From NCBI GenBank assembly GCA_964247055.1, contig OZ176054.1, positions 12,524,001-12,588,000 on the forward strand: a stretch of 64,000 bases of DNA. Direction: 5' to 3'. The notes under the pieces were generated by a model that worked only from the letters and a program-made list of their open reading frames with translations, searched no databases and was not told where the DNA came from. Below, piece after piece: positions 25,160-37,170 of the stretch. Numbering within the stretch: position 1 is the first letter of the stretch; each line of letters begins with the position of its first letter. The DNA comes from Paragordius varius. Lineage: Eukaryota > Animalia > Nematomorpha. Both the position numbers and the translations under genes were made by a program.

Positions 25160-26263
25160 TTATTTATCACGATTAATATGGTAAATAACTTTTTTATGCA
25201 TTTTTATATGATTCAAAATTAGTGGTGATTTATTGCGTTTCTTGCCTTGTCGTCCTCGTAACAGTAGCATGACAGTCATAATGTAATTAAATGAAAAATA
25301 TACGTCTTGAGGGATCCCCAACACAAATGTGCTAAAACAAAATGAAAAAAAGGCCCGACCCCTAAAAAATTGATATATGTTAAATATGGATTTGGGGACA
25401 AAGCATACAGTTTGAAAGACCAACATAATTAGTGTATAGGAATGTAGATTGAGTTGAGATGTCCTTCGGCCCTGGTTTGATGTGAGGTGTGATAAACGCC
25501 TTCGTTTGATAGCCAGTTTAAATATTCTTATGTTATATGTAATTTTGAGCAAAAGGAACAAGAAAATAGGGCATGAAAACACTAGGATGTCTCTTGTAAC
25601 ATTGTATACATGTTTTTCCCAAATATCGCTTAGAAGAGAATGTAAAACTTTAACGCGTTCGTGTTCATTGTTAACTACCATTGAGAGTGAATTAAACAAT
25701 TTCCCATTACTCACGTATAGGGGCATCATAACACCCGAAGTTATGAGACCAATGGTGATAACACACCAAATTTTATATTTTTGCTGAATACCTCTACGAA
25801 ATTTTAGCGGATAAATGACAAGAAGGAATCTTTCAAAGGCCATTGCACACATAATCCAGGTGTTTATAAGCAGGAGAGTTTGATAACTCAGGATAAGGAT
25901 GGAGAAATAGTAAAAATAATACGTTACATCAAGGCCCATACATGTCAGTACTAATTTCAACAACGTAATACTAAGCGTTACGGCGTTAATGATGAAATCA
26001 CACACAATAACACATTTGGGATAAAAAGTTTTCATATGTTTTGTAGGTAATAGTACATTGTTTCGACAAAATAGGGTAAAGATCAAATAAAAATTCCCAA
26101 TCATCCCATGTAAGGTAAGAAGCGTTAGGCCATACAGGGAATAAGTTTTGAAAAAGGTTTTATGACTAGGAGACATAACGCCACACAATTCTTCATTCAG
26201 TTTTGCTAGAGTGTAATTTGTATCGTTGTTGGTAAAAGTACTACTACTCATATTATTATACAT
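25160..26263 (-). CDS. Intronless class A (rhodopsin-like) 7TM GPCR, 367 aa, orphan peptide-receptor-like
   Basis: N-terminal NDT/NYT sequons; seven hydrophobic segments; TM1 GN, TM2 D, TM3 MAFERF..VIYPL, TM4 W..P, TM5 CP, TM6 CFVP; intact ATG to TAA. Confidence 0.9.
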   Translation of the reverse strand: MYNNMSSSTFTNNDTNYTLAKLNEELCGVMSPSHKTFFKTYSLYGLTLLTLHGMIGNFYLIFTLFCRNNVLLPTKHMKTFYPKCVIVCDFIINAVTLSITLLKLVLTCMGLDVTYYFYYFSILILSYQTLLLINTWIMCAMAFERFLLVIYPLKFRRGIQQKYKIWCVITIGLITSGVMMPLYVSNGKLFNSLSMVVNNEHERVKVLHSLLSDIWEKHVYNVTRDILVFSCPIFLFLLLKITYNIRIFKLAIKRRRLSHLTSNQGRRTSQLNLHSYTLIMLVFQTVCFVPKSIFNIYQFFRGRAFFSFCFSTFVLGIPQDVYFSFNYIMTVMLLLRGRQGKKRNKSPLILNHIKMHKKVIYHINRDK

Positions 26264-29200
26264 TAGCTCAAATGATAAATTTTTTCAATATACCCAAAAA
26301 TTTTGATTTAAAAGAAAAATCAGAACGTGAAAAAAAGGAATCAATATAACAAACAAACATTTCATACAATCGTCGTGTAATTTATTAATAAAGATTTGAT
26401 ATTTATTTGTACTGACCTAAATTAAGAAAAAAGTATACTAAAGGGTTATTCATTATCAAAGATGAAAATGCATGATACATGTATACAAGCAAGCCAGTCC
26501 TGTGAAACTTTATAAATTATTAATAGTATTATAAATATTATTAGCTATTTCATTTTGGGCTGAGAATAAACTAAACTAATGCACAAGAAGACTAACATAA
26601 AATTTTATGGAGCGGGCATGTAAAATCAAAAATTTAATATATATATTTTATAAACTTATTATGAAAAGTGTTGTAAAAATAAAAACATTTTCTTAGGGAT
26701 ATACTATAAATATTATGTAAGAGAGTACAAGATGTATAGTCTATAATGGCAAATTCTAAGTAAAAAAAATAAAATATTCCACTAAAAATAGTATAAAGAA
26801 ATAAAATTAAACATGTAAAACTAAACTCTTTGAGAGGAAAATTTTTTGTGCAGTAACTACAGTATTATGTGCCACAATATAAATATTGCAAATGATATAA
26901 CTGCAGTATTACAGTATTTCCAAATATTTGAAATGTTGGGTTAAAATTATGACCATGATTAATACATAGAAGGGTAAAATATATTGCTAATATGTATATC
27001 GAATAAAGCGTTCAAAATTTTCAAACTAATAATATTTCTCCATAAAAATTGCAATATTTCACCTAAAAATAGCAATGCAAATCTACTCATACTTTATGTG
27101 TACAATGTATAAGATGCTTTGATATTAAGCTCTTTCTGAAATGTAATATGTATTGCAAAACAAACTGAAAAGTGTATGTTAAAAGTAGTTCGTAAAGTTT
27201 TCGTGGTTCTGACCCCATCTATCCTTCACTGTGCTAATCATAGATTCATTCCAAAAAAGCAGAAAAATAATGTAAGGGGTTATAAGAAGTCCTCTTTTTT
27301 TCGCTTTGTGATTAAAAATTGAGGAGAGCAGCATTATTAGTGCCATTATTATATTTGGGGATTGTATGAACTATGCCCCCGGGCCCAGCTAACGAAGTCC
27401 TGCCCATCAGATCAATATCAATTTGGCGAGCAGCTTGTCGGCCTTCATTAATGGCCCAAACGACTAAGGATTGTCCACGCCTACAATCTATAATACATAA
27501 AGAACGAAAGAAATTAGTTTAAATAGCATTCATTATAGATGATTTTCTGTAAATTCCACTTCTAATTTAGTTACATATTTTTTTTAATTTTTAACGTTTG
27601 AAAAAGATTACCAATTGTAATAGAAAATTTATTGTATAAAAATTGTGTTAAATCAGAATAATTTCCAACAAAAATCCAGATATATTTTCAATATGATTTT
27701 ATGTCGTCGTCAGGGAAAAATTACACAAAATCAATCAATTATTATATGACTGCCGTACAAAATATAGAATACGTAAAAATTAAAATTACCCAGACAAAAT
27801 GTAAAACCTACAATACCTTGCTTTTTCAAACCTTGATATTTATACATAAACTAATAAAATTACAACTTTTAATTATACATTGTATTACCAATTTACATCA
27901 CTAATTTCCGTTTCATATTCAGAAACCAAAGCATTGAGTTATATTTAAAAAAATTACTACAATTTGAATGATATCTTTTAAAAATAATTTTTCTCTCGTA
28001 ATTTTTAGGTTTTACCTATTATTTCAATTTTTACAGTAAAAACCGAAAAGAAATTTGAATACGATTTTAAATTATAAAACAAAAATAAAAACCTCCTGCA
28101 GCATAAATTTTGGGATTAGCCGTGCCATATTTATTCCTGGGTGTTGCCACATTCCCCCTCAAATCAGTTTCCAAGTCAAAAAAATTAAGTAAGGGTCTCT
28201 CCGGGCCTACAAAACTCAGGGCTAGCACAATCAAATCAGCTTTGTATGTTCTGAAATAAAATATTATAGAGAAAAATTTATAAGGGAGTAAAAAATATTT
28301 TTTTCACATGAAAAGTAATAACTAACATTTTATTATCTAGAAATTTTATAGGTTATTTAAGTCTCAGGCAAGCGTAATTTGTAAATTATTGATTAAACAT
28401 TCAATTAATTAAAAGGCTTATAAATAAAATTGAGATTAAAAATATTAAATAAAAAGTTGTTATTAAAATTATTTTCAGGTACAAATTAAATAATTGTCAC
28501 CCAAAGGTTTAAAATAATTGTTTTTCATTTTTATTCTTAAAAAATAGTTGAGGCGCCAATATAATTATCGATATTTTAACCGATATATGTATAATTTGAG
28601 GTAAATCCTAACCCAAAAAAATAAAGTGTTAACATAAAAAAAACGAATAATACAAACTTTTCAGATCCTGGTTTTTCTTTCATTACCCAACGGCCTGTGA
28701 GTTCCTTTTCCCAATTGACTAAAACGGTTGATACTTAAACATGACAGGTTCAGATGGCGATTCAATAAACTCCTAGTAGGTTAGGATATGAAATAAAAAT
28801 TATAGATATATTTCTCTTTTCAACACAAATATTATATAGAAAGTATTGTAATTATGGCAAAAAAACTTATATTATTCTATTATAAAAAAGTATAATAGTA
28901 TTGATATAATTATAGGGGGATAAATTTCGCCAAATCACGCCAGTATAATTACCGCATTTTTAAAATATGCAAATAAATTTTCAAGATTATTACGTAATAT
29001 TTAATAGAATAATGGTATTTATAAAATTTAATATCAAAAATGGAATTAATATATTGTAATGATATCTTAATGACACTATTAAAACCCATAATTCAAGTAT
29101 TTATCTCGTGTTCATTACTAATATATCAAATAGTGTTTAAACCGAGTTAATAACCGCAAATTTATGAGCAGTCAGTCAGATCAGATCTAGTTTTTATTAT

Positions 29201-29279
29201 AATCACAATTGCAAAAGCCGAAATCTACAAAAGAAAAAAACTAATTTTACCTTAATCCTAACGCAAAAAACGCGCGGAT

Positions 29280-30971
29280 CAGTTCCTTGAATAATCTTTA
29301 CAGTTTGTATAAAACATTTTTATATGGTACAGGATATCTTGGCGATTTAATAAGCCTTGTTTTCTAAATTATTTATAATATTGCGGATGGTTAATGGTAT
29401 AAATTTTCTAATCTTTCTTGACATTGGAATTTTAGTTTACTAAATTCATTGGCTACTTCGATTGTCAAAATTTGTCACCTTCTATCAATTTAATAACATT
29501 TTGAAAGAGAGAAGCTTGATTATGTAGGAACTCTAACCATATTTTTGAAGAATCACTTTCAAAAAACTTTTCCAAAGTTGGACATTTGTCCTGTGATAAA
29601 AGAAAGGGTTTTAAAGGATCATACATTTTTAAAATTCTTTCCATAGCTGGCAGGAGAAAGTAAACGTTTTACAATATCCAAGCATTTTTTGATATTGAAC
29701 TTCTGCATTTTCACAGAATTCCTTAAGCGTTTCAAAAGTGTACCTTGTGTATATAAAAATAGGAATATATTTTAACAACTACACTACATCTAGGGGTAAC
29801 ATATCAGCAGCTGTTTTAATAGCGGTGGGTTTTATATGCGCTGCACACCCAACGCCAATAATGATTTAATTAAGATTATCCGCTAATTTATAAAAAAATA
29901 TTTTTTGTTCCCCTCCTTGCTTTTCCACCACGTATTGGTGTTGTCAGCGCAATATGCGATGATTTTGTCATTTAAATTATTTTTTTCTAGAATATTCATT
30001 ATTGAAGTAAAAATTATGTCGGAATTTTCACCGGGTAGGAAAATAAAATCTAAAATTTTAATTTTTACTTCGGTTTCTGGATATAAACCTTATTTAAGTG
30101 GGAAATAATTTTGTTTCCTTGTGATTTGATGCATCAGAGTATAGCGATAAAAAATTAATTTTCAGCATTGCACAAATGGCTTCAGCCTTAGTACGGGCAC
30201 ATGTAAATTTTTTTATTGAAGGTACGAATAACCTGTGAGGTACAATCCATAGATCTAAAGGAATGATTGTAATTAACCGCGTGAAAAGATAAAACGCCTT
30301 CGGCTAGCGCCAAATTCTTTTCCTCCTCTCCAAAAGTGGTTTTTTGATAAAAATCGCTCATTTTGTAAGATGCTGCCGCCATATCTAAACATTTTTTATG
30401 TTTCCATATGCTTTGTAATATCATGCTCGCCGCCATGTACTAAGGTGAATTCCCTCTCGAAGAAGGAACAATTTATACTTCGTTTTTTTGATAAAAAGAA
30501 ATTCTTTCATTAATTCATCGTTGAATTTACAACCTCTTGTTATTTTTAAACCAATTTTAGTATAAAAAAATTATATTAATTTACTTTTCTGGCGTATAAG
30601 TTACCGATTTGTGGTATTAATTGTCTTTATGATACTGTTGGCAAGGTAATATAACTAAAATTCAGAAAATATTTTATTACCTTAATTTTCTGGAGTAAGC
30701 GTATAAGCTAGCGATTTGCGGTATTAATTTTTCTTTTGATAATGTTGGCATCGAGAAAAATAAATATTTTTAATTTAAAAATAAAAGATTTAAATTTATA
30801 ATTGATCTAATAAAGATAACTAATGATACAAAATTTAAACAGATAAAAAATAAATTTTTTATAAATTTAAATGTATTTAAAAAATTTTTTAATCGTGAAA
30901 AAGCGGGACATTTCAAAAACGTAGCGGGACGCGGGACAAAGTGTGAAAAAGCGGGACGTCTGGTCACCCTA
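29280..30971 (-). mobile_element. Fossil hAT (Blackjack-like) transposon with decayed transposase
   Basis: Terminal TAGGGTGACCAGACGTCCCG at 30971 with GCGGGAC repeats. Minus-strand remnants AEGVLSFHAVNYNHSFRSMDCTS (ORF 30188-30436), IIGVGCAAHI (CxxH) and LPAMERILKMYDPLK. Confidence 0.75.
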
Positions 30972-32479
30972 TGTTAATATCGTGTTTTGAGAAAGTTTTT
31001 CTGCTTCTCTGTATGTTTTCAAATTGTAGGTGGTTGGGGCATAGATGTATCTATAATATAAATTGAAGTTAAAATTTCTGTTACGGTTATACCTTTTATA
31101 TCAAATTAAAAATCGTAATTACAATTGTAATTTATATATATAAATGGATTTTGACTTATAAAAAAATTAGAATGCCAATACCAAAAATAAAATTAACAAT
31201 TAAATGCAGTATATCATAGAGGCGAAAAGAAGATATTAAATGTTATACGAATGCGGCATGCAAGTTATCTAAAGGGAAAAAAGTTGAATATTGGCGAAAA
31301 TTACATTTTAATTAAAAATTTAAAATTGGTATAGCTTCTAATCTCAGAAAAAATTGATTTTATTACTTAAAAATTTTAATCGATGCCAATTTGATATAAT
31401 TAAATTCAAGAAACATTAAAATGTATTTAAGACTATGTTAATAACACAAAAATACGCTCATCGATCTTAAATGCTCTAAAAAATCGTATTAAATGAATTT
31501 CTTATAACATTATAAATAAAGATATTTGATTAAAATCAGTTAAAATAGAAATACGTTGTGCCTTAAAGAATGATATTAAACTATAAAAAACATTTATATA
31601 AATATATAGGATATAGCTAAAAAACCTTTATTTTCCTTTATCATTTGATTACATAAAAGTATACTTACAAAATTATGCCTATAAGTTAACCCATAAACAA
31701 CAAAGGGCTGTTATTGGTGCATTAAACTGGGAAATATGAGACGTTTTCTGTAAACATTAGCGACGTGGTACTGCATCCTTTTTTTTGATTCATTTTGAAG
31801 AAACCAAAAAACTTTACCCGGATAGGGATTAGTTTCCATAAAATAAAATAAAAATTAACTTGTGATTTTGCCTATGTTTTTTAAAGTTAATACAAACTAT
31901 AATAGTATTTAATTTCGATAAAAATACATTTTGTACAGTTTTTCCAAACTTTTTATTTTCTTCTGTATACATATACAACCTAAATTATATTCATAAAAAG
32001 TTTCCAATCCTTTTCCCGATTTTGTAATAGAATATAAAATTAAACAAGCAAAATGCGACATCTATTTATTAAAATTTGGCCTAACTAATATTAGTAAGTT
32101 CCGCATGTTTTGTTTATATTATTAGAATGAATTTGTAAGATGTGCATAAAAATATTGTCAGAATCACTTTAACGAATTCTATAACAGATTAGATTTTAAA
32201 AAATAATGCATTGTGTAAATTTTTTCCCGCTTTTGACCCATAATTTTTCCCCTTACTTCTATTTATAATAAATTTTAAACAATATTTACCAATTTTTTAA
32301 ATCTGTTGTAAACACAAACTTATTTTGATTATCCTAAATCATTTTAAGTTGTTAAACCGAATATTTGAAGGTATTTAAATTTTTTTACTCCATATTTATT
32401 AAATAAAATCATAAATAATTCATTTACTCAAATATAGCGATAAAATTTTACAAAACTTTCCAAATATTAAATAACCGTT

Positions 32480-33160
32480 ATAAAGCTAATTAATAAAATC
32501 CTAAAACTTTATAATGATTTCAATGGTGCAAATATTAATTATGATTTAAAGGGAAAACTTATTCCCTATATTCCCTAAACTTCTAAAAGCGCTAAATTTA
32601 TTTAATTTAAAAACTAGTTAAATTACTAATAATAATAAGCTAAAAATCCTTAGTATTCTTTTAAAAGGCAAAATTAATTAAATTTTTTTAAAAAAGCAGT
32701 AATATTCTTGAAACACCGGTAAAATTATCTAAAAAATCCCTATAATTTTCTAAAAAGCAGTAATTTTTTCAAACTTCTAAAAAAAGATGTAAAATTATCT
32801 TATTTTTAAGAAAGAATAAAATTGTTTTAAAAAAAAATTAAAATTTTTCAAATAAGGTCACCTTAAACCCTTAAAAACTCCTAAAGATTATTTTTTAATA
32901 TGAAAAACCGTAAAATCCCCCAATGCGAAAATTTTAAATGCACCGAAAATCTCTTAAAATGCGTGAAAATTCTATAAAAAGGGCTGAAATTTTTAAAACT
33001 GCTAAAATTTTATATAAACTGCTAATATTCTATATAAACTGGTAAATTTTTTAACTGCAAAAATTTAAACTGTTTCCTCAATAACCGAAAGTCTTTTAAA
33101 ACAGCAAAAAAATTTAAAAACTGCTAAAACCTTAAAAACTGCCATAAAAAATTTAAAATA
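32480..33160. repeat. Degenerate minisatellite / low-complexity tandem array
   Basis: Recurring ~18-22-bp motifs such as AAAACTGCTAAAATTT and TAATTTTCTAAAAAGCAG. Confidence 0.5.
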
Positions 33161-33260
33161 AATATTTTGGCATTTATTAGGATAAAAGCGCATGTTTATT
33201 TAAAATTAATTTTTGAATTTGATAATTTTTTTTTATATAAATTAAATTTTATCTATTATA

Positions 33261-34872
33261 CCATTTTTCAGGAATAACATCATTTTTTAAAAATGCAATA
33301 TTCAACCACACGCAACATTTTTTCAAGCAGCAACATTTTTTCAAGAAAAGTCAACATTTTTTCGAGCATAACATTTTTTTAAGCAAAGACAACATTTTTT
33401 CGAGCAAACGCAACATTTTTCATCCAAACGCAACGTTTTTCAACCAAAGACAACATTTTTTTTATACATATTAAGTATAAAGTTAATGTAAATTAATTTA
33501 AGCGTAGAATTATGATTTTTATTGTTTTATCATCAATATTTGATGGTATGATTGATTTTCAAACCTATTAATTTATAAAATGCATTATTTTATATTAATT
33601 ATTTTTTATTTTACAACTTTAGTTTCACCTAATCAACTACGCTTTAAGATTGTTTTGACCTCGAACATTTCAAGTTGGTCCATCAATATTTTAATTCGAT
33701 TCTAACGTTTATTAATGAAGCAATAAAAAATCATTATAAAATCATTACACCTATTTTTTAATTTATCTAAACCTTTAAAATACATTTCTTTAAAAAGAAC
33801 CGTATATACTTATTATTTTCTATAAATTAACCATACCATTTGCACTTCAAGAGTGTCCTTGAACTCAAGTTGGTCCTTGAACAATTCAAGTTAGTCCTTA
33901 AAATTTTTAAATTTTGATTTAACCATAATTTTTTCATTTATTTTTTTATTTTATTGTTTTTAACCCAATTTTCTTTATTTATTATACAATTAATCATTTA
34001 AACATCAAAAAAAAATTCAAAAATTACTTTTTTATTTCGAACTAATTTTTCACCTTAAAAACTTATATATTTTGTAATTATGTATTAAATCTGGTTTTTA
34101 GAGAATTATTGATTTAAAATTATGTAAAATAATAGAAAATAGGTTAAAAACGAAAAAATAGATTAATGATATACGATTTGCCAACTTGAAGTGGTTAAGG
34201 ACCAACTTGAAATGTTTAAAGACCAACTTGAAGTGCAAATGGTATTTATTAAAAATTATCTACGTATTGTGTGTTATTGATCTTAAGATTAAACCATAAA
34301 TTTATAATATTGATAAATTAAAGAAAATTAATTGAAACAAATAAAGTTGTTACTATGAAAATATTAAATTTGATTCAAGAAATACAAATAAATAGAGATA
34401 TTAGTTAATTAAAATAATTACACACAAAAATAACGGTTGTATGGAAACAGCAAAAAATGCAAGGAATTTTGAGTGAAGGAAAACTTTAAACTTTTAAAGA
34501 GACTCTTAAAGCGCAAATTGTATAGATTGATTAGGTGAAACTATAGTTGTAAGAAAATAATTATAATAAATAAATAATGCAATTTATGGGCTAATTAATA
34601 TGTTTTAAAATCTATCATACCATTAAATATTGATGATAAAACAATAAAAATCATAACCCTACGCTAAAACTAATTTACATTAACTTTAGATTTAATATGT
34701 CTTAAAATAAAAAAAATGATTTAATTGCTGTTATAGCTTGAAAAAATGTTGTCTTTGGTGGAAAAAATGTTGCGTTTGCTTGAAAGAATGTTACGTTAGC
34801 TCGAAAAAATTGCGTTTGGTTGAAAAAATGTTGCATTTGGTTGAAAAAATGATGTTATTTCATGAAAAATGG
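33261..34872. mobile_element. 1.6-kb foldback element with ~400-bp arms and ~21-bp tandem subrepeats (TA|CCATTTTTCA ends)
   Basis: TATA|CCATTTTTCAGGAATAACATCATTTTTT ... AAAAAATGATGTTATTTCATGAAAAATGG|TATA. CAAACGCAACATTTTTTCAAG arrays at ~33300-33460 are mirrored at ~34738-34855. Confidence 0.85.
33836..34242. mobile_element. Nested TA|CCATTTGCACTTCAAG MITE
   Basis: TIRs CCATTTGCACTTCAAG and CTTGAAGTGCAAATGG, TA-flanked, with CAAGTTGGTCC subrepeats. Confidence 0.8.
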
Positions 34873-35538
34873 TATAATTTTAGAAAATAACCATTTAACT
34901 ACGATAAACTAAATAAGAATGAATCATGAATGATTCAAAATCTGGACACAAACAACATATTGACAGAAAAACAAAAATAACTTAACCAGACATTGAATAT
35001 TTAACAAATTAATTATATAATAATTTCAATAAATAATCGTAAATTAAAGAATATCATAAATATATAAACCTCCCCAGAGAACTAGAAAAAAAAATTCCAA
35101 ATTTAATTTTGAGCGTTTGGGAGACACTCTTTTAGTTCGGAAAACAAATCTTTAAAATGGATAAAGGTTGATATTTCCCAAACGAGAAAATATTCTCCCA
35201 CTAGAGTTTGGCTAACCTACAAGCAAAATGACGTAAGAGGTTGCATCATAACAATCAATAAGCTGCAGGTATAATTAACCATCCCTTCTTTCATGACCTT
35301 GGATGTTCGCAAGAGCCTCCTATTCAATGATCCAACTCTTCACACCTAAACATTAAGTTTACCTCGTAATACGCAGTTTCTTGTGTGGCTCTCGTTCACG
35401 TGTCCTACCATCAATCGGTCACTACAAAATAACCCGCATTTGGCCGCCTTTATGGAATTTAAAACGAAGGTTTTCCCATACACTTCATCCGAATAGACCA
35501 AACTAAATAAGGATGATCCTTTTGGTTGGCTGCTTCAT

Positions 35539-35633
35539 TTACGTACGAATCCTTCTTGATTCAGGTACTCTAAGATGGTTGCTATTACGTACGAATCCTT
35601 CTTGATTCAGGTACTCTAAGATGGTTGCTATTA
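35539..35633. repeat. Perfect 46-bp tandem duplication
   Basis: TACGTACGAATCCTTCTTGATTCAGGTACTCTAAGATGGTTGCTAT occurs twice in tandem. Confidence 0.95.
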
Positions 35634-35915
35634 GGGAAGAAGGAAAGGCTTTAATTTGACTTTTCAACCAGCCTTACCATATAAATTTTTTTCGGATTGC
35701 AATCATAGGCGCTTAGATTACCCAATAAATTTATATATGTACTCTTGTTTTCTTAACTTCAGATTACAGAAACTAAGAATTATATGAACTCCTAGGCGTG
35801 TCCTTAAATATTCTTTTTAATTAAATTTGATTTTATTTGCCAGCTAAATTCTATATTATATGCTCTTTTTGTTAATTTAATCAGCTGAATTGATGGAATA
35901 GTCTAATATAGGGCT

Positions 35916-36230
35916 TTTTATCGCATAGCAAAATTATCGGGTTGCCAGTGATAAAAATACAAATAACAAAAAATGTTTTTTAACCTAAATTATTGTTATA
36001 AAGAAAAATAACAATCTTCGTAGATAAATATATCATTAACCTTCTGGTTCGGAAAGACTGTTTATACCAGCATTTCTATTCCGATCATTATAATATCTTG
36101 TACAAATTTACTATGGATCAGAAAAAGTTATAGAAATTAATAAAAAATGTAGATTTATTTTTGTCAGTCTCTTCGAAATAATCCTAAATAATATCAACAA
36201 AATTTCTAAATGTTTCGAAGAAACTATATA
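35916..36230 (+). repeat. Single-arm, Helitron-free copy of the host repeat of the 1-2940 palindrome
   Basis: Matches ~1484-1653 joined directly to ~2801-2940. Confidence 0.85.
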
Positions 36231-36391
36231 AACATTTCGTGTTTTATTTAGCCATTGTATGATTGTGAACGAAGTGCATATTAGTCCGAATTAGTCAGTT
36301 TAAAAAAAATTACCATTTATACTCGTATATTGTTAGATCTACCACCAGTTTTTTGAAAATAACTCTTTATTTAATATCGCAAAGTGAGAAG

Positions 36392-36422
<31 letters not shown>

Positions 36423-36700
36423 TACCAAAACCAATTTGATATTTTACCATCGTTATTGAACAGCTTATAGAGTAAAAATTAAGGTTTGAAAAACTATGGT
36501 TATCTTTTGATAAAAAATATTTGTCATTATATTTTTACGTTTTATCCGTATAATTTTAATTTTTACTGTATAGTTCGAAGTTTAATATAATGAGTTATAT
36601 TTAAAAAAATCAAGATACATTAAAGTATGTATTCTTTTGGAAAAAGATATTTGTCATATATTTTCACGTTTTGTCTGTATATAATTATAATTTTTACTGT

Positions 36701-37170
36701 ATTTATTAAATTCCAAAACAGTGAACATTCATTTAGTTATCACGATTAATATGGTAAATAACTTTTTTATTCATTTTTATATGATTCAAAATTAGTGGTA
36801 ATTTATTGCGTTTCTTGCCTTTTCACCCTCCTAACAGTAGGATGACAGTCATAACGTAATTGAATGAAAAATATACGTCTTGGGGGATTCCCAACACAAA
36901 TGTGCTAAAACAAAATGAAAAAAAGGCCCGACCCCTAAAAAATTGATATATGTTAAATATGGATTTGGGGACAAAGCATACAGTTTGAAAGACCAACATA
37001 CTTAGTGTATAGGAATGTAGATTGAGTTGAGATGTCCTTCGGCCCTGGTTTGATGTGAGGTGTGATAAACGCCTTCGTTTGATAGCCAGTTTAAAGATTC
37101 TTATGTTATATGTAATTTTGAACAGGTGGAACAAGAAAATAGGGCAAGAAAACACTAGGATATCTCTTGT
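36701..37170 (-). pseudogene. 5'-truncated duplicate of the GPCR gene (TM5 to 3' end) with a nonsense codon
   Basis: Near-identical to ~25131-25596. The CGA (Arg) codon has become TGA at 36823-36825, and homology stops abruptly at 37170. Confidence 0.88.

Noticed and set aside
25482-25787. Antisense ORFs over real coding regions (also 4220-4408, 40678-40875, 47326-47520)
   Set aside because: Shadow ORFs expected opposite coding sequence; no independent support.
31675-31830. Possible Tc1-like transposase N-terminus (MP.KLTHKQQRAVIGAL)
   Set aside because: Too short and frameshifted, with no TIR or DDE region found.
33300-33460. CRISPR-like array of ~21-bp repeats
   Set aside because: Units are contiguous with no unique spacers, mirrored at 34738-34855, with no cas genes and a eukaryotic context; they are transposon subterminal repeats.
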